In this document: one piece after another, positions 50,014 to 61,541 of the stretch
Position numbering within the stretch: position 1 is the stretch's first letter
Layout: the number at the start of each line of letters is the position of its first letter
Origin: Mycobacteriales bacterium
GTDB lineage: Bacteria; Actinomycetota; Actinomycetes; Mycobacteriales; SCTD01
NCBI GenBank assembly: GCA_046595815.1
Contig: JBKJSN010000019.1
Span: 4,936 to 68,935 of the forward strand
Direction of reading: 5' to 3'
DNA: 64,000 bases
Program-made: the position numbers and the translations under genes
Notes under the pieces: generated by a model
Database searches by the model: none
The model's input: only the letters and a program-made list of their open reading frames with translations
What the model was told of the DNA's origin: nothing

Positions 50014-50487
50014 ATGGAACGTAGAACCCTCCACCGGCTCGGGCTTGTGGGAGTCGTGGCTATCGCGTTACCGCTCGTCCACGTTGGTCTCGCACTGGGG
50101 ACCTCCGGCAGCGGCGTGAGTTCCGCCGTCACCGGCCGATTTACGTCCGAGGACAAGATCAAGACACGAGGCAACCAGCCCTTCGACGTCATCACGCAGA
50201 CGGTCACGATCCAGCCCGGCGGGCACACCGGCTGGCACGCGCACCCGGGTCAGGCGATCGTGCTCATCAAGGCCGGGAGCTTCACGACCTACGACGCGAG
50301 CGACCCCACCTGCACGCCGCATGTCTATGGTGCCGGTGACGTCTACGTCGATCACGGTTACGGGGACGTGCACATCGCTCGCAACGAGGGAACGGTGCCG
50401 ACCGAGCTTGCGGTCACCTACCTCGACGTGCCGGTCGGTAGCCCGTTCCGACTCGACGGCGCGAACCCGGGCAACTGCCCCTTCTGA
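50014..50487 (+). CDS. Secreted cupin-domain protein
   Basis: AAGGAG SD, signal peptide, PGGHTGWHAHPG, VHIARNEG. Confidence 0.82.
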   Translation: MERRTLHRLGLVGVVAIALPLVHVGLALGTSGSGVSSAVTGRFTSEDKIKTRGNQPFDVITQTVTIQPGGHTGWHAHPGQAIVLIKAGSFTTYDASDPTCTPHVYGAGDVYVDHGYGDVHIARNEGTVPTELAVTYLDVPVGSPFRLDGANPGNCPF

Positions 50488-50549
50488 CCGGGCTTGCCAC
50501 TAGTCTCGGCACGTGCTTGGGGTGTTAACAGTTCTGGTCCACCAGGTCC

Positions 50550-51164
50550 GTGGCTGAGCACGCCGAGGACCGGTCGTCTGCGGACTGCGAGGTCGGGCAC
50601 GAGGACTGGGGCGGCGAGCAGTTGCTGCAGCGCTCCTTCATTCGGGTGCGCTTCGTGGAGGTCGACCTGTCGGAGGTCATCACCGAAGGCACGGTCTTCG
50701 ACGAGTGCACCTTCCACGGGGTGCGCTTCAACGTCTCCGAGCACCGGGCCTCGGCGTTCTTGAACTGCACGTTCACCCGGTGCTCGTTCTTCGACGCGAG
50801 CTTCAGCGGCTGCAAGTTCACAGGCAGCAGGTTCCACGACTGCTCGCTCGACCTGCTGAAGGTCGACGGTGGGGACTGGTCGTTCGTGTCGATGGCCGGC
50901 GCGGACCTCGGCAGCGCCACCTTCACCGACGTGCGCCTGCGCGAGGCCGACCTGCGTGGCGTGCGCGCTGTGAACGGAACGCTGCGCGGCGCGGACCTGT
51001 CCGCAGCGGACCTCACGCGCGCAGACCTCACCGGTTGTGACCTGCGCGGGGCGGACCTGTCCTCGCTCGACCCGCGTTCCGCGACCCTGACAGGGGCGGT
51101 TATCACGGGCGACCAGGCAGTGCTGCTGGTCGCCGCGCTGGGCCTGGACGTGCGCCCCGAGTGA
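50550..51164 (+). CDS. Pentapeptide repeat protein
   Basis: Repeated A(D/N)Lxx and CxFxx units. Confidence 0.9.
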   Translation: MAEHAEDRSSADCEVGHEDWGGEQLLQRSFIRVRFVEVDLSEVITEGTVFDECTFHGVRFNVSEHRASAFLNCTFTRCSFFDASFSGCKFTGSRFHDCSLDLLKVDGGDWSFVSMAGADLGSATFTDVRLREADLRGVRAVNGTLRGADLSAADLTRADLTGCDLRGADLSSLDPRSATLTGAVITGDQAVLLVAALGLDVRPE

Positions 51165-51175
51165 GCCGGTGGCGG

Positions 51176-51421
51176 TCAGTCCGGCTGGACCGTCAGCTCC
51201 ACCTTGAGGGGACCGACGCGCAGGGCCTTGCCGACGCCATCGGAGGCCCGGACGATGCGCGGCCGGGACCAGCGCAGCGGTGAAAGGCCCAGTGACAGGG
51301 TGGGCGTCACGTCGAGCGACTCCGGGGGGAGCGGCTCAGGCTCGACCGGGGTGGCCGGATCGTCGTCCACTCGGGGAGCGAGGTCCGCCAGGAGGTCGGC
51401 GTGCAGGTCGTCGCGGCTCAT
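51176..51421 (-). CDS. Small hypothetical protein coupled to ParA
   Basis: 81 aa, MSRDDLHADLLADLAP...; ATGA overlap with the ParA stop. Confidence 0.6.
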   Translation of the reverse strand: MSRDDLHADLLADLAPRVDDDPATPVEPEPLPPESLDVTPTLSLGLSPLRWSRPRIVRASDGVGKALRVGPLKVELTVQPD

Positions 51422-52185
51422 GACAGCAGGTCCTTGTAGGCGTTGAGGACGTCCTGGGTCAGGTCTGCGTAGGCCAGCGCGACCGAGGACGTGGGGGCGG
51501 ACAGGACGACGGGGCGCTTGGCGAGCGTCGAGGACGGCACGCGCCGGGACATGGGCACCCGGGTGGGGAGCACGGGCAGCCCGGTGCTCTCCAGAGCGGC
51601 CAGCACCTCCTTGGCGGCTTTCCCGTCCTTGTCCCACAGCGAGCAGGCGACACCGAGCAGGTGGGCGACGGTGTTCTCGAAGCGGCGGTGCTGGTCCAGG
51701 AACGCCGTCACCCGCGCAGCGCCCAGGGCCGAGCCGGGGTCGCTGGTGAACACCGTGAGCACCGCGTCGGCGGCGCAGACAGCCGACAGCGTCAGGTTGC
51801 CCAGATCCCCGTGGGTGTCGATGATCACGTGGTCGTAGTCGTCGAGCAGAGGGCGCAGCACCCGGCGTACCCCGGTGACGATGCCGCCCTGAGCGGCCAG
51901 CGCCACGCCGACCTGCTCGAGCGAGGGGTGGGCCGGCAGCAGGTCCACGCCCGGCGCGACGGACGCGCGGACAGCAGCGCGCGGGTCGGCGTCGGGTGAC
52001 TCGAGCAGCCCGGCGAGGGAGTCGTCCTTGTCCTTGGCCACGACGCCGAAGGCCCGGCCGAGGGAGTCCTGGGGGTCCGCGTCGACCGCGAGCACCCGCC
52101 CGGTCCTGCCGAGGACGACTGCGAGGTTGGCGGCGGTCGTGGTCTTGCCGACCCCGCCCTTGGACGAGCAGACGGCGAGCTTCAT
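51418..52185 (-). CDS. ParA/Soj-family ATPase
   Basis: SKGGVGKTT deviant Walker A, VDADPQ, IIDT. Confidence 0.9.
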   Translation of the reverse strand: MKLAVCSSKGGVGKTTTAANLAVVLGRTGRVLAVDADPQDSLGRAFGVVAKDKDDSLAGLLESPDADPRAAVRASVAPGVDLLPAHPSLEQVGVALAAQGGIVTGVRRVLRPLLDDYDHVIIDTHGDLGNLTLSAVCAADAVLTVFTSDPGSALGAARVTAFLDQHRRFENTVAHLLGVACSLWDKDGKAAKEVLAALESTGLPVLPTRVPMSRRVPSSTLAKRPVVLSAPTSSVALAYADLTQDVLNAYKDLLS

Positions 52186-52493
52186 ACGGATGCCCCTCGG
52201 GTGGGTCGTAGGACCATGACGAGCACGACGGCGCTCGCCACCTGGAGCAGCAACCGGGCCAGCGACCCGGTGTCGAGCGCCCTCGCGAGGGCCGTACCCA
52301 GCAGACCGCCGAGCACACCGACGAGCGAGGTGGTCAGGCAGCCCATCCGTCCGCCGCCGGGGGTGATCATGCGGGCGACGGCGCCCAGCAGGAGCCCCAC
52401 GAGCAGTGTCGTCAGCAACGCCCAGACCGTCGCGTGCAGGAACGGCAGCACCACGAAGAGCAGCACGGACAGCAGCAGGACAGCGAGGAGCAC
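52182..52493 (-). CDS. GlsB/YeaQ/YmgE (transglycosylase-associated) membrane protein
   Basis: [27 protein letters not shown]; start approximate. Confidence 0.7.
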   Translation of the reverse strand: MLLAVLLLSVLLFVVLPFLHATVWALLTTLLVGLLLGAVARMITPGGGRMGCLTTSLVGVLGGLLGTALARALDTGSLARLLLQVASAVVLVMVLRPTRGASV

Positions 52494-52529
52494 CTGGTCA
52501 GGGTACGAGGCGGCACTAGCCTCTCGCTG

Positions 52530-53282
52530 GTGAGCCTCGCCGTACGCGTGATCCCCTGCCTGGACGTCGACGCCGGCCGGGTCGTCAAGGGCGTGAACTT
52601 CACCGACCTCGTCGACGCGGGGGACCCCGTGGAGATGGCGCGCCTCTACGACGCGGAGGGCGCCGACGAGCTGGTCTTCCTCGACATCACGGCGAGCTCC
52701 GGGTCGCGGGAGACGACGTACGACGTGGTTCGGCGGACCGCCGAGGAGGTCTTCATCCCCCTCACGGTGGGGGGCGGGGTGCGGACGGTCGAGGACGTGG
52801 ACCGCCTGCTGCGCGCCGGCGCCGACAAGGTCGGCGTGAACACCGCAGCCATCGCCCGGCCAGAGCTGCTCAGCGAGATCGCCGACCGGTTCGGCTCGCA
52901 GGTGCTGGTGCTGTCGGTCGATGCCAGACGAGGCCCGGACGGCTTCGAGGTCACCACCCACGGCGGTCGCCAGGGCACCGGGATCGACGCCGTGGAGTGG
53001 GCGGCCCGGGGTCAGGCCCTCGGGGTCGGGGAGATCTTGCTCAACTCGATGGACGCCGACGGCACCAAGGCCGGGTACGACGTGGAGCTGGTCAGTGCGG
53101 TACGCGCCGTGGTGACGGTGCCCGTGATCGCCAGCGGGGGAGCGGGGGCCGTGAGCGACTTCGCACCCGCGATCGCTGCTGGGGCCGATGCGGTGCTCGC
53201 AGCCAGCGTCTTCCACTTCGGCACGATGCGCATCGCCGAGGCTAAGGCGGCCTTGCGGACCGCCGGTTACGCCGTCCGCTGA
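52530..53282 (+). CDS. hisF: Imidazole glycerol phosphate synthase, cyclase subunit
   Basis: [45 protein letters not shown]. Confidence 0.96.
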   Translation: MSLAVRVIPCLDVDAGRVVKGVNFTDLVDAGDPVEMARLYDAEGADELVFLDITASSGSRETTYDVVRRTAEEVFIPLTVGGGVRTVEDVDRLLRAGADKVGVNTAAIARPELLSEIADRFGSQVLVLSVDARRGPDGFEVTTHGGRQGTGIDAVEWAARGQALGVGEILLNSMDADGTKAGYDVELVSAVRAVVTVPVIASGGAGAVSDFAPAIAAGADAVLAASVFHFGTMRIAEAKAALRTAGYAVR

Positions 53283-53327
53283 AGTCGTTTGACCTGCACC
53301 GGGGTGCAGGTGCTGAGGTGGGGGGTA

Positions 53328-55154
53328 ATGGCTGAGTCGTCGAAGGACAGAGGCGTGATCCGCCGCGGCCTCGGGGTGCTCTGGTTGGGCGTGCGCGAGG
53401 AGCCGCGGATCTTCGCGATCTCCGCCGTGGGTAGCGCCGTGTTCGGCGCCATGACCATCGCCCAGGCGTACGTCTTCGGCTACATCACGAGCGACGTCAT
53501 CGCGCCCAGCATCTCCCGCGGCGACGCACAGCCTGCGCTGCTGGGCGGTGCGGTGCTGCTCATCGCCGGGGTCACGACGCTGAAGATCCTCGGCATCCTG
53601 GCCCGCCGCCTCGGTGCCGGGGTCATGCAGTACCGCCTCCAGGGCACCTACCGGCGGCGCGTGACCCGGCGCTACCTCGAGCTCCCCCTCGAGTGGCACC
53701 AGCAGCACCCCACAGGCGAGCTTCTGTCCAACGCCAACAGTGACGTCGAGGCGACGTGGTACCCGATCGCGCCCTTCCCCTTCGCCGTCGGCGTCGTCTT
53801 CATGCTCGTCACGACCCTGACCCTGCTGCTGTTCACCGACCCCGTCCTGGCGATCGTCGGGGCTGTCGTGTTCCCTGCGATCGCGGTGCTGACCGTCGTC
53901 TACTCCCGTCGCATGTCGCCGCTCATGACGCGCGCCCAGCAGCTGCGCGCTGAGGTCAGCGGCATCGCGCACGAGTCCTTCGACGGAGCGCTGGTCGTCA
54001 AGACCCTCGGGCGCGAGGCGGATGAGACCGAGCGGTTCAGCGCCACCGCCCGCGAGCTGCGCAGCACCCTGGTGGAGGTGGGCAGAGTCCGAGGCCTGTT
54101 CGACCCCCTCATGGAGGCGCTTCCGGTCATCGGGGTGCTGCTCGTTCTGGTGGTGGGCACCAGCCGGGTCGGCAACGGTGACATCAGCGCCGGTCAGCTC
54201 GTCCGGGTCGCCTACCTGTTCACGCTGCTGGCCTTCCCCGTCCGGGCGATCGGGTGGGTGCTCAACGAGCTCCCCCGCAGCGTCGTGGGCTACGAGCGCG
54301 TGTCCCGGGTGCTCGAGGCGACGGGGGCCCAGGTCCACGGCACGCAGCCCCTGCCCGGTGGTGAGGCGGTGGCTCTCGGCGTACGGGGACTTGCCTTCTC
54401 ATACGGCGAGGACCAGGTGCTGGACGGCATCACCTTCGACGTGGTTCCGGGCCGGACCGTTGCGGTTGTCGGCCCTACAGGGTCGGGCAAGTCCACGGTC
54501 GCTTCGCTGCTCGTCCGGTTGGTGGACCCCTCAGCGGGTGAGGTGGCCTACGACACGGTCGACGTGCGGACCTTGGCTGCGGGTGTGGTGCCGGGGGCGG
54601 CCAGTCTGGCTCCGCAGACGACGTTCCTGTTCGACGACACGGTGCGCGGCAACGTCACCCTCGGCGCCGACATCGCTGATGACCAGGTGTGGGCCGCGCT
54701 TCGCGTCGCGCAGGCCGACGGCTTCGTCGCGGCGCTGCCCAAGGGGCTCGACACGGTGGTGGGCGAGCGCGGCACCACGCTGTCGGGCGGGCAACGGCAA
54801 CGGCTCGCCCTGGCCCGAGCGGTCGCCCGTCGCCCCCGGCTGCTCGTGCTGGACGACGCCACGAGCAGCGTGGACCCGACCGTCGAGCAGCGCATCCTGG
54901 CCGGGCTGCGCGAGGCAAGCAGCACGGTGGTCGTGGTGGCCTACCGACGGGCGACGATCGCGCTCGCCGACGAGGTGGTCTATGTCGAGGACGGCCGGGT
55001 GTCGGCCCGCGGCACGCACGACGAGCTGATCGTGGTCTCCGAGGGCTATCGCAGCCTGGTGACGGCGTACGAGCGGGATGAGGTCGAACGGCTGGCCGAG
55101 CGCGCTGGCGACGAGCTCGACCTGCTGCCTGCGACCCCGGACGAGACGTCATGA
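53328..55154 (+). CDS. ABC exporter half-transporter (TMD+NBD)
   Basis: GPTGSGKS, LSGGQRQ, LVLDDAT (non-canonical), AYR in place of the H-switch. Confidence 0.92.
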   Translation: MAESSKDRGVIRRGLGVLWLGVREEPRIFAISAVGSAVFGAMTIAQAYVFGYITSDVIAPSISRGDAQPALLGGAVLLIAGVTTLKILGILARRLGAGVMQYRLQGTYRRRVTRRYLELPLEWHQQHPTGELLSNANSDVEATWYPIAPFPFAVGVVFMLVTTLTLLLFTDPVLAIVGAVVFPAIAVLTVVYSRRMSPLMTRAQQLRAEVSGIAHESFDGALVVKTLGREADETERFSATARELRSTLVEVGRVRGLFDPLMEALPVIGVLLVLVVGTSRVGNGDISAGQLVRVAYLFTLLAFPVRAIGWVLNELPRSVVGYERVSRVLEATGAQVHGTQPLPGGEAVALGVRGLAFSYGEDQVLDGITFDVVPGRTVAVVGPTGSGKSTVASLLVRLVDPSAGEVAYDTVDVRTLAAGVVPGAASLAPQTTFLFDDTVRGNVTLGADIADDQVWAALRVAQADGFVAALPKGLDTVVGERGTTLSGGQRQRLALARAVARRPRLLVLDDATSSVDPTVEQRILAGLREASSTVVVVAYRRATIALADEVVYVEDGRVSARGTHDELIVVSEGYRSLVTAYERDEVERLAERAGDELDLLPATPDETS

Positions 55155-56920
55155 CGACCGACGCCCCGGTTGTGGAGCGAGGTTCACTCGCGACGCTGGC
55201 CCACGGGCTGCGCCTGGCGCCGGAGTTCCGGGCTGGGCTGCCGGTGACCTTGTTGCTCGCGTTGCTGTCCACGGCGGGGCGGGTCGTCGTACCCCTCGCT
55301 GTGCAACAGACCATCGATCACGGACTGTCCGGTCCGACCCCGGACCTGGCCCTGGTGCGCTGGGCCTGCGCGCTCGCCGGGCTGGCTGTCCTGATCACCG
55401 CCGGCGCGAACTACGCCATGAACGTGCGGCTGTACCGAACCACCGAGAACGGGCTGCTTGCCTTGCGCACCAGGGCCTTCCGCCGGGTGCACGACCTGTC
55501 CGTGCTGCACCAGGCGGCCGAACGGCGGGGGTCGCTCGTCTCGCGGGTGACCGGCGACGTCGACACGATCAGCACCTTCATGCAGTACGGCGGGATGCTC
55601 ATCGTCGTCTCTGTCGCCCAGCTCGTCCTGGCCACCGCGGTGATGCTCTGGTGGTCCTGGCAGCTCACTGTCGTGGTCTACGTCTGCATGCTCCCTCTGC
55701 TGCTGATGCTGCGAGTGTTCCAGCACCGCATCCAGCTGGCCTACCGCGCTGTGCGCGAGCGGATCGGCGAGATGCTCGGGGCGGTCGCGGAGTCCGTCGT
55801 CGGTGCGCCGGTCATCCGCGCCTACGGCGCCCAGGCACGCACCGCCCAACGCGTGGATGCCGCCGTGGCCGCGACGCAGAAGGCCCAGGTGCGTGCGCAG
55901 ACGCTGACGGCCGCGACCTTCTGCAGCGGCGAGGTGGTGACCGCAGCGGCGAACGCCCTCGTCGTCGTCTTCGGGATCCTGCTCGCCAACGACGGGCAGC
56001 TGACCCTCGGCCGGCTCGTCGGGTTCCTGTTCCTGGTGACGCTGTTCGTCCAGCCCATGCAGGTCGCCACCGAGGTGCTCAACGAGGCACAGAACGCCAT
56101 CGCCGGGCTGCGCAGGGTGCTGAGCGTGCTCGACACCCCGACCGACGTGGCGGACCCGGTGCCAGGCGTGGACCTCCCGCCGGGCCCGCTGGCGGTGCGG
56201 TTCGAGCATGTCCGCTACGCCTACCCCGGCGGGCCCGATGTGCTGCACGACGTCGACCTGGAGATCGCCCCCAAGACGCGGGTTGCGGTGGTGGGGGAGA
56301 CCGGTAGCGGCAAGACCACCTTCGCCAAGCTGCTGACCCGTCTCATGGACCCCACCGGTGGTCGGGTGCTCTTGTCCGGCGTCCCGCTCGACGAGGTGCG
56401 CTTCGCCTCCCTGCGCAGGAGGGTGGTGATGGTGCCGCAGGACGGCTTCCTGTTCGACACCACGGTCGCGGAGAACGTCCGGTACGGCGACCCCAGCGCC
56501 TCCGACGAGGACCTGCTGCTTGCCTTCACCGAGCTCGGCCTCCTCGACTGGCTCGAGGCGCTCCCCGAGGGGCTCAGGACTCAGGTCGGAGAGCGCGGTG
56601 ACTCCCTGTCGGTGGGCGAGCGTCAGCTCGTGGCGATCGCCCGCGCGTACCTCGCCGACCCCGACCTGCTGGTGCTGGACGAGGCGACGTCCGCGGTCGA
56701 CCCCGCCACCGAGGTGCGGCTGTCGCGGGCTCTTGACTCCCTCACCCGCGGGCGCACCACGTTGACCATCGCGCACCGGCTGTCCACGGCCGAGGCGGCG
56801 GACGAGGTGCTCGTGGTGGACAAGGGCGTGGTGGTCCAGCGTGGCCCGCATGCCGAGCTGTCCGCCGTACCCGGCATCTATGCCGACCTCTACGCCTCCT
56901 GGGTCCGGCAGTCCCGCTGA
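55151..56920 (+). CDS. ABC exporter half-transporter (TMD+NBD), heterodimer partner
   Basis: GETGSGKT, LSVGERQ, LVLDEAT, AHRLST. Confidence 0.92.
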   Translation: MTTDAPVVERGSLATLAHGLRLAPEFRAGLPVTLLLALLSTAGRVVVPLAVQQTIDHGLSGPTPDLALVRWACALAGLAVLITAGANYAMNVRLYRTTENGLLALRTRAFRRVHDLSVLHQAAERRGSLVSRVTGDVDTISTFMQYGGMLIVVSVAQLVLATAVMLWWSWQLTVVVYVCMLPLLLMLRVFQHRIQLAYRAVRERIGEMLGAVAESVVGAPVIRAYGAQARTAQRVDAAVAATQKAQVRAQTLTAATFCSGEVVTAAANALVVVFGILLANDGQLTLGRLVGFLFLVTLFVQPMQVATEVLNEAQNAIAGLRRVLSVLDTPTDVADPVPGVDLPPGPLAVRFEHVRYAYPGGPDVLHDVDLEIAPKTRVAVVGETGSGKTTFAKLLTRLMDPTGGRVLLSGVPLDEVRFASLRRRVVMVPQDGFLFDTTVAENVRYGDPSASDEDLLLAFTELGLLDWLEALPEGLRTQVGERGDSLSVGERQLVAIARAYLADPDLLVLDEATSAVDPATEVRLSRALDSLTRGRTTLTIAHRLSTAEAADEVLVVDKGVVVQRGPHAELSAVPGIYADLYASWVRQSR

Positions 56921-56934
56921 ACCCCCCCTCGCAA

Positions 56935-56977
56935 CGTCCTCACGTCTGGGCGCCGGAGGGGGTCAGGCGTGAGGACG
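56935..56977. terminator. Intergenic 14-bp stem-loop after the ABC pair (possible terminator)
   Basis: CGTCCTCACGTCTG ... CAGGCGTGAGGACG, one G-U pair, no U-tract. Confidence 0.5.
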
Positions 56978-57011
56978 CAAGGTAGTGGAGAGGCTCTGGA
57001 AGGATGGGTGC

Positions 57012-57386
57012 ATGTCTTCCGTGCGTCCCACCGACCTCGACCCTTCCATCGCCGCGCAGCTCAAGCGCGACAGCAACGGCCTCGTCGTGGCGGTGTGCCA
57101 GCAGCACGACACCGGCGAGGTGCTGATGGTTGGGTGGATGGATGACCAGGCGCTGCACCTGACCCTCACCACCGGGCGCTGCACCTACTGGTCGCGCTCG
57201 CGTCAGGAGTACTGGGTCAAGGGCGAGACCTCGGGATCGCAGCAGTGGGTGAAGTCGGTCGCCCTCGACTGCGACGGTGACACCCTGCTGGTGAAGGTCG
57301 ACCAGGTCGGCGGGGCCTGCCACACCGGGGACCGCACGTGCTTTGACGCCATTGCGCTGCCCGCTGTCCTCGGCGAACGCCCATGA
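57012..57386 (+). CDS. hisI: Phosphoribosyl-AMP cyclohydrolase
   Basis: [25 protein letters not shown]. Confidence 0.95.
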   Translation: MSSVRPTDLDPSIAAQLKRDSNGLVVAVCQQHDTGEVLMVGWMDDQALHLTLTTGRCTYWSRSRQEYWVKGETSGSQQWVKSVALDCDGDTLLVKVDQVGGACHTGDRTCFDAIALPAVLGERP

Positions 57387-58861
57387 CCTTGGGGACCACG
57401 TCACCCTCGGCGGCGGAGTTCGCGACCCTCGACCAGCCGCTCGTGCCAGTCGTGCGTCGGCTCCTCGCCGACGGGGAGACCGCGGTGGGGCTCTACCGCA
57501 AACTGGCTGGCAACCGGCCCGGCACCTTCTTGTTGGAGTCCGCGGAGCAGGGCAAGCAGTGGTCGAGGTGGTCGTTCGTCGGGGTGCGCTGTGCCGCAGC
57601 CCTGACCGAGCGGGACGGTGCGGCGTTGTGGCTGGGAGAGGGACTGCCGACGACCTCCAGCGATCCGTTGGAGGCGCTGCGTGAAGCCGACGCCCTGCTG
57701 CGCTCGCCCCACGACCCGTCGCTCCCGCCCTTCACCGGGGGGCTGGTCGGTTACCTGGCCTATGACGTCGTACGCCGGATCGAGCGGCTCCCCGCCACCG
57801 CGCCTGACGAGCTCGGGATGCCCGAGATGACGATGTTGCTCGCGACCGACCTGGCCGTTCTCGACCACAGCGACGGCACGGTGATCCTCATCGCCAACGT
57901 CGTCCAGGGCGGGTCGTACGACGACGCAATGGCTCGGCTCGACGCCATGCAGGCTGACCTTGCCAAGCCGGGCGAGCCCTCCGTCGCGGTGCTCGACATG
58001 GACGCAACGCCGACCTTCTCCCGCCGCACCGCTGCCGCTGATCACATGGCGGCGGTGGAGGTGGTCAAGGAGCACATCCGGGCGGGGGACGCCTTCCAGG
58101 TCGTGCTCTCCCAGCGGTTCGAGGTGGCCACCGACGTGGACGCCCTCGACGTCTACCGCGTGCTCCGTGCGACCAACCCTTCGCCGTACATGTACCTGCT
58201 CCGCTTCGCCGGGCGCGAGTCGCCGTACGACGTCGTGGGGTCGTCGCCGGAGGCCCTCGTGACGGTCACCGACGGCAAGGCTGTGCTGCACCCGATCGCA
58301 GGGACGCGGCCGCGCGGGGCGACGCCGGAGGAGGACGCAGCCCTCGGCCTCGAGCTGCTCGCGGACCCGAAGGAGCGGTCGGAGCACGTGATGCTGGTCG
58401 ACCTCGGACGCAACGACCTGGGCCGGGTCTGCACCCCTGGCACGGTCGACGTCGTGGACTTCATGTCGGTGGAGAGGTACTCCCACGTCATGCACATCGT
58501 CTCCACCGTCGTGGGGGAGGTGACTCCGGGTCGGTCGGCCTTCGACGTGCTCACCGCGACCTTCCCCGCTGGCACCCTCTCGGGGGCGCCGAAGGTGCGG
58601 GCCATGGAGATCATCGAGTCGCTCGAACCTGTCCGTCGGAACCTGTACGGCGGGTGCGTCGGCTACCTCGGAGCCGGCGGCGACATGGACATGGCCATCG
58701 CGATCCGCACAGCCGTCCTGCATGGTGGTCGTGCCGTCGTGCAGGCCGGCGGGGGGCTGGTCGCGGACAGTGAACCGGCAGCTGAACAGGCCGAGTGCGA
58801 GAACAAGGCTGCGGCCGTGCTGCGGGCGATCGCGATCGCCCAGACCCTGCGCCCGGCATGA
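57383..58861 (+). CDS. trpE: Anthranilate synthase component I
   Basis: [54 protein letters not shown]. Confidence 0.95.
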   Translation: MTLGTTSPSAAEFATLDQPLVPVVRRLLADGETAVGLYRKLAGNRPGTFLLESAEQGKQWSRWSFVGVRCAAALTERDGAALWLGEGLPTTSSDPLEALREADALLRSPHDPSLPPFTGGLVGYLAYDVVRRIERLPATAPDELGMPEMTMLLATDLAVLDHSDGTVILIANVVQGGSYDDAMARLDAMQADLAKPGEPSVAVLDMDATPTFSRRTAAADHMAAVEVVKEHIRAGDAFQVVLSQRFEVATDVDALDVYRVLRATNPSPYMYLLRFAGRESPYDVVGSSPEALVTVTDGKAVLHPIAGTRPRGATPEEDAALGLELLADPKERSEHVMLVDLGRNDLGRVCTPGTVDVVDFMSVERYSHVMHIVSTVVGEVTPGRSAFDVLTATFPAGTLSGAPKVRAMEIIESLEPVRRNLYGGCVGYLGAGGDMDMAIAIRTAVLHGGRAVVQAGGGLVADSEPAAEQAECENKAAAVLRAIAIAQTLRPA

Positions 58862-59460
58862 GCACGGCTCGGCGCGAGATCGGCCTGGCGGTGGGGCTGT
58901 GCCTGCTCGGATCGCTGCTGCTGTTGTGGGGCACGGCGCAGACGTGGGTGAGCCTCGCCCTCCCGGAATCACTGACCCTCGCGGACCTGCAGCGCACCGG
59001 CAGCGGCGCGCAGGTGGCCCCAGGACTGCGCACCCTCGGAGTGCTTGGGCTGTCCGGGGTGGTGGCGATCGCAGCGACGCGGCGCACCGGTCGGGTCGCT
59101 GTCGGCGTCCTGCTGCTGCTGGCTGGACTGCTCGCGACGGGTGCCGCGGCTCGCTGGGTGTCGACCGAGCGGCTGCGGACCTGGGCTCTTGGCCACCTGC
59201 TCGACTGCACGGGGCTGTGTGTGGTGAGCGACGCCGAGTTCGCCGCGCCGCGGACGCACCAAAGCGGCGTGCTGATCGCCGTGTGCGGTGGGCTGCTGCT
59301 CGCCGCCGCTGGGGCGATCGTTGCCCTGCGCGGGAAGGCCTGGCCCGCCCTGGGAACGTCCTATGCCGCCCCCGCCGTGGGCAACGGGCTGCCCGCTGCC
59401 CCCGCGACTGACAAGGGTGTGTGGGACGCCCTCGACCGCGGCGACGACCCGACAGCCTGA
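58858..59460 (+). CDS. Trp biosynthesis-associated membrane protein
   Basis: Four TMs, C-terminal WDALDRGDDPT; between trpE and trpC. Confidence 0.85.
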   Translation: MSTARREIGLAVGLCLLGSLLLLWGTAQTWVSLALPESLTLADLQRTGSGAQVAPGLRTLGVLGLSGVVAIAATRRTGRVAVGVLLLLAGLLATGAAARWVSTERLRTWALGHLLDCTGLCVVSDAEFAAPRTHQSGVLIAVCGGLLLAAAGAIVALRGKAWPALGTSYAAPAVGNGLPAAPATDKGVWDALDRGDDPTA

Positions 59461-59544
59461 CCCCCCGGGGGAGGGCGTCCGCGAGGCCCGGTCTAACGTG
59501 AGCCAGGACAGCGGCCACCCCGTGGAACGAAGGCAGGTCAACTC

Positions 59545-60354
59545 GTGAGCGTGCTCGACGACATCCTCGTCGGGGTACGGGAAGACCTTGCGGCCCGACA
59601 GGCCGAGACCTCCCTGGAGCAGCTCAAAGAGCGGGCCGCGCACGTACCTCCCGCCAAGGACGGCTACGCCGCGCTGAGGCAGCCCGGGGTCGCGGTCATC
59701 GCAGAGGTCAAGCGCAGCAGCCCCTCCAAGGGTGCCCTCGCTGCGATCGCTGACCCAGCAGCTTTGGCTGAGGACTACGAGGCCGGTGGGGCGAGCGTCA
59801 TCTCGGTGCTGACCGAGGGGCGGCGCTTCGGCGGCTCGCTCGCTGATCTCGACGCGGTGCGCCAGCGGGTCGACGTACCCCTGCTGCGCAAGGACTTCAT
59901 CGTCTCCAGCTACCAGCTCTGGGAGGCGCGGGCGTATGGGGCGGACCTTGTCCTGCTCATCGTCGCGGCGCTGGAGCAGGAAGCGCTCGTGAGCCTGCTC
60001 GAGCGCACGGAGTCCTTGGGCATGACGCCGCTCGTGGAGGTCCACGACGAGGAGGAGCTCGTGCGCGCCCTGGCGGCGAACGCGCGGATCGTGGGCGTCA
60101 ACGCGCGCAACCTCAAGACCCTCGAGGTCGACCGGTCAGTGTTCAGCACTCTGAGCCCGCTCATCCCCGACGGCGTCATCAAGGTCGCTGAGTCCGGCGT
60201 CAGGGGCCCGCACGACCTGCTTGCCTACGCCGCCCACGGGGCGGACGCGGTCCTCGTCGGCGAAGGCGTCGTCGTCGGGGGCAACCCGAGGCAGGCCGTT
60301 GCCGACCTCGTGACGGCCGGCTCCCACCCGGCGGCCCGGCACCAGCAGCCATGA
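59545..60354 (+). CDS. trpC: Indole-3-glycerol phosphate synthase
   Basis: [35 protein letters not shown]. Confidence 0.96.
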   Translation: MSVLDDILVGVREDLAARQAETSLEQLKERAAHVPPAKDGYAALRQPGVAVIAEVKRSSPSKGALAAIADPAALAEDYEAGGASVISVLTEGRRFGGSLADLDAVRQRVDVPLLRKDFIVSSYQLWEARAYGADLVLLIVAALEQEALVSLLERTESLGMTPLVEVHDEEELVRALAANARIVGVNARNLKTLEVDRSVFSTLSPLIPDGVIKVAESGVRGPHDLLAYAAHGADAVLVGEGVVVGGNPRQAVADLVTAGSHPAARHQQP

Positions 60355-61541
60355 CCGTTCCGGACGCCTCAGGGCACTTCGGCCCGTACGGCGGTCGCTT
60401 CATCCCCGAGGCGCTGGTCGCTGCCCTGGACCAGCTCACCGAGGCACACGCCACGGCCCAGCAGGACGAGGCCTTCACAGCCGAGCTGGACGACCTGCTG
60501 ACGAACTATGCGGGGCGGCCGACACCGCTGACCGAGGCCCGCCGCTTCTCCGAGGCGGCCAGGGCGCGGGTGCTCATCAAGCGCGAGGACCTGGCGCACA
60601 CTGGCAGTCACAAGGTGAACAACGTGCTCGGTCAGGCGCTGCTCACCAAGCGGATGGGCAAAAAGCGCGTCATCGCCGAGACCGGCGCTGGTCAGCACGG
60701 GGTCGCTACCGCCACGGCGGCGGCGCTCTTCGGCTTCGACTGCACCGTCTACATGGGCGAGGAGGACACCCGCCGACAGGCGCTCAACGTCGCTCGGATG
60801 CGGCTGCTCGGTGCCGAGGTGATCCCGGTGACCACGGGTACCCGCACCTTGAAGGACGCCACGAACGAGGCGTTCCGTGACTGGGTGGCCAACGTCGAGA
60901 CCACGCACTACTGCATCGGCTCGGTCGTGGGTCCGCACCCCTTTCCCATGCTGGTCAGGGACTTCCAGCGGATCATCGGGGTCGAGACGCGCGAGCAGGT
61001 GCTGGCACTGACGGGCACGTTGCCCGATGCCGTCGTGGCCTGTGTCGGCGGCGGCAGCAACGCCATGGGCATCTTTCACCGCTTCCTCACCGATGACGGC
61101 GTCGCCTTGATCGGCTGCGAGGCGGGCGGTGACGGCGTCGAGACCGGTCGGCATGCCGCTCCGCTGACAGCGGGGGAACCAGGTGTCCTGCACGGCGCGC
61201 GCTCCTACCTCATGCAGGACGACGACGGCCAGACCCTGGACACCCACTCGATCAGTGCGGGGCTGGACTACCCAGGGGTCGGACCTGAGCACGCCTGGCT
61301 GCGCGACTCTGGGCGTGCGGTCTACAGGGGTATCACCGACGCTGACGCGATGGCGGCACTGAAACTGCTCGCCCGCACCGAGGGCATCTTGTGCGCGATC
61401 GAGTCGGCACACGCCTTCGCCGGCGCCCTGCAGTGGGTCAAGGAGCAGGACCGCGAGGACCTGACCGTCGTCGTGAACTGCAGCGGACGCGGTGACAAGG
61501 ACGTCGACACGGCAGGCCGCTACTTCGGGCTGCTCGACTGA
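60351..61541 (+). CDS. trpB: Tryptophan synthase beta chain
   Basis: [41 protein letters not shown]. Confidence 0.97.
   Translation: MTVPDASGHFGPYGGRFIPEALVAALDQLTEAHATAQQDEAFTAELDDLLTNYAGRPTPLTEARRFSEAARARVLIKREDLAHTGSHKVNNVLGQALLTKRMGKKRVIAETGAGQHGVATATAAALFGFDCTVYMGEEDTRRQALNVARMRLLGAEVIPVTTGTRTLKDATNEAFRDWVANVETTHYCIGSVVGPHPFPMLVRDFQRIIGVETREQVLALTGTLPDAVVACVGGGSNAMGIFHRFLTDDGVALIGCEAGGDGVETGRHAAPLTAGEPGVLHGARSYLMQDDDGQTLDTHSISAGLDYPGVGPEHAWLRDSGRAVYRGITDADAMAALKLLARTEGILCAIESAHAFAGALQWVKEQDREDLTVVVNCSGRGDKDVDTAGRYFGLLD

Noticed and set aside
50550-51164. Pentapeptide repeat protein as a quinolone-resistance (MfpA/Qnr) gene
   Set aside because: The family is widespread and this function cannot be assigned from the repeats alone.
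53328-56920. Non-canonical NBD motifs (DDAT, AYR, LSVGE) as a sign of pseudogenisation
   Set aside because: They combine into the single degenerate site well known in heterodimeric ABC exporters.
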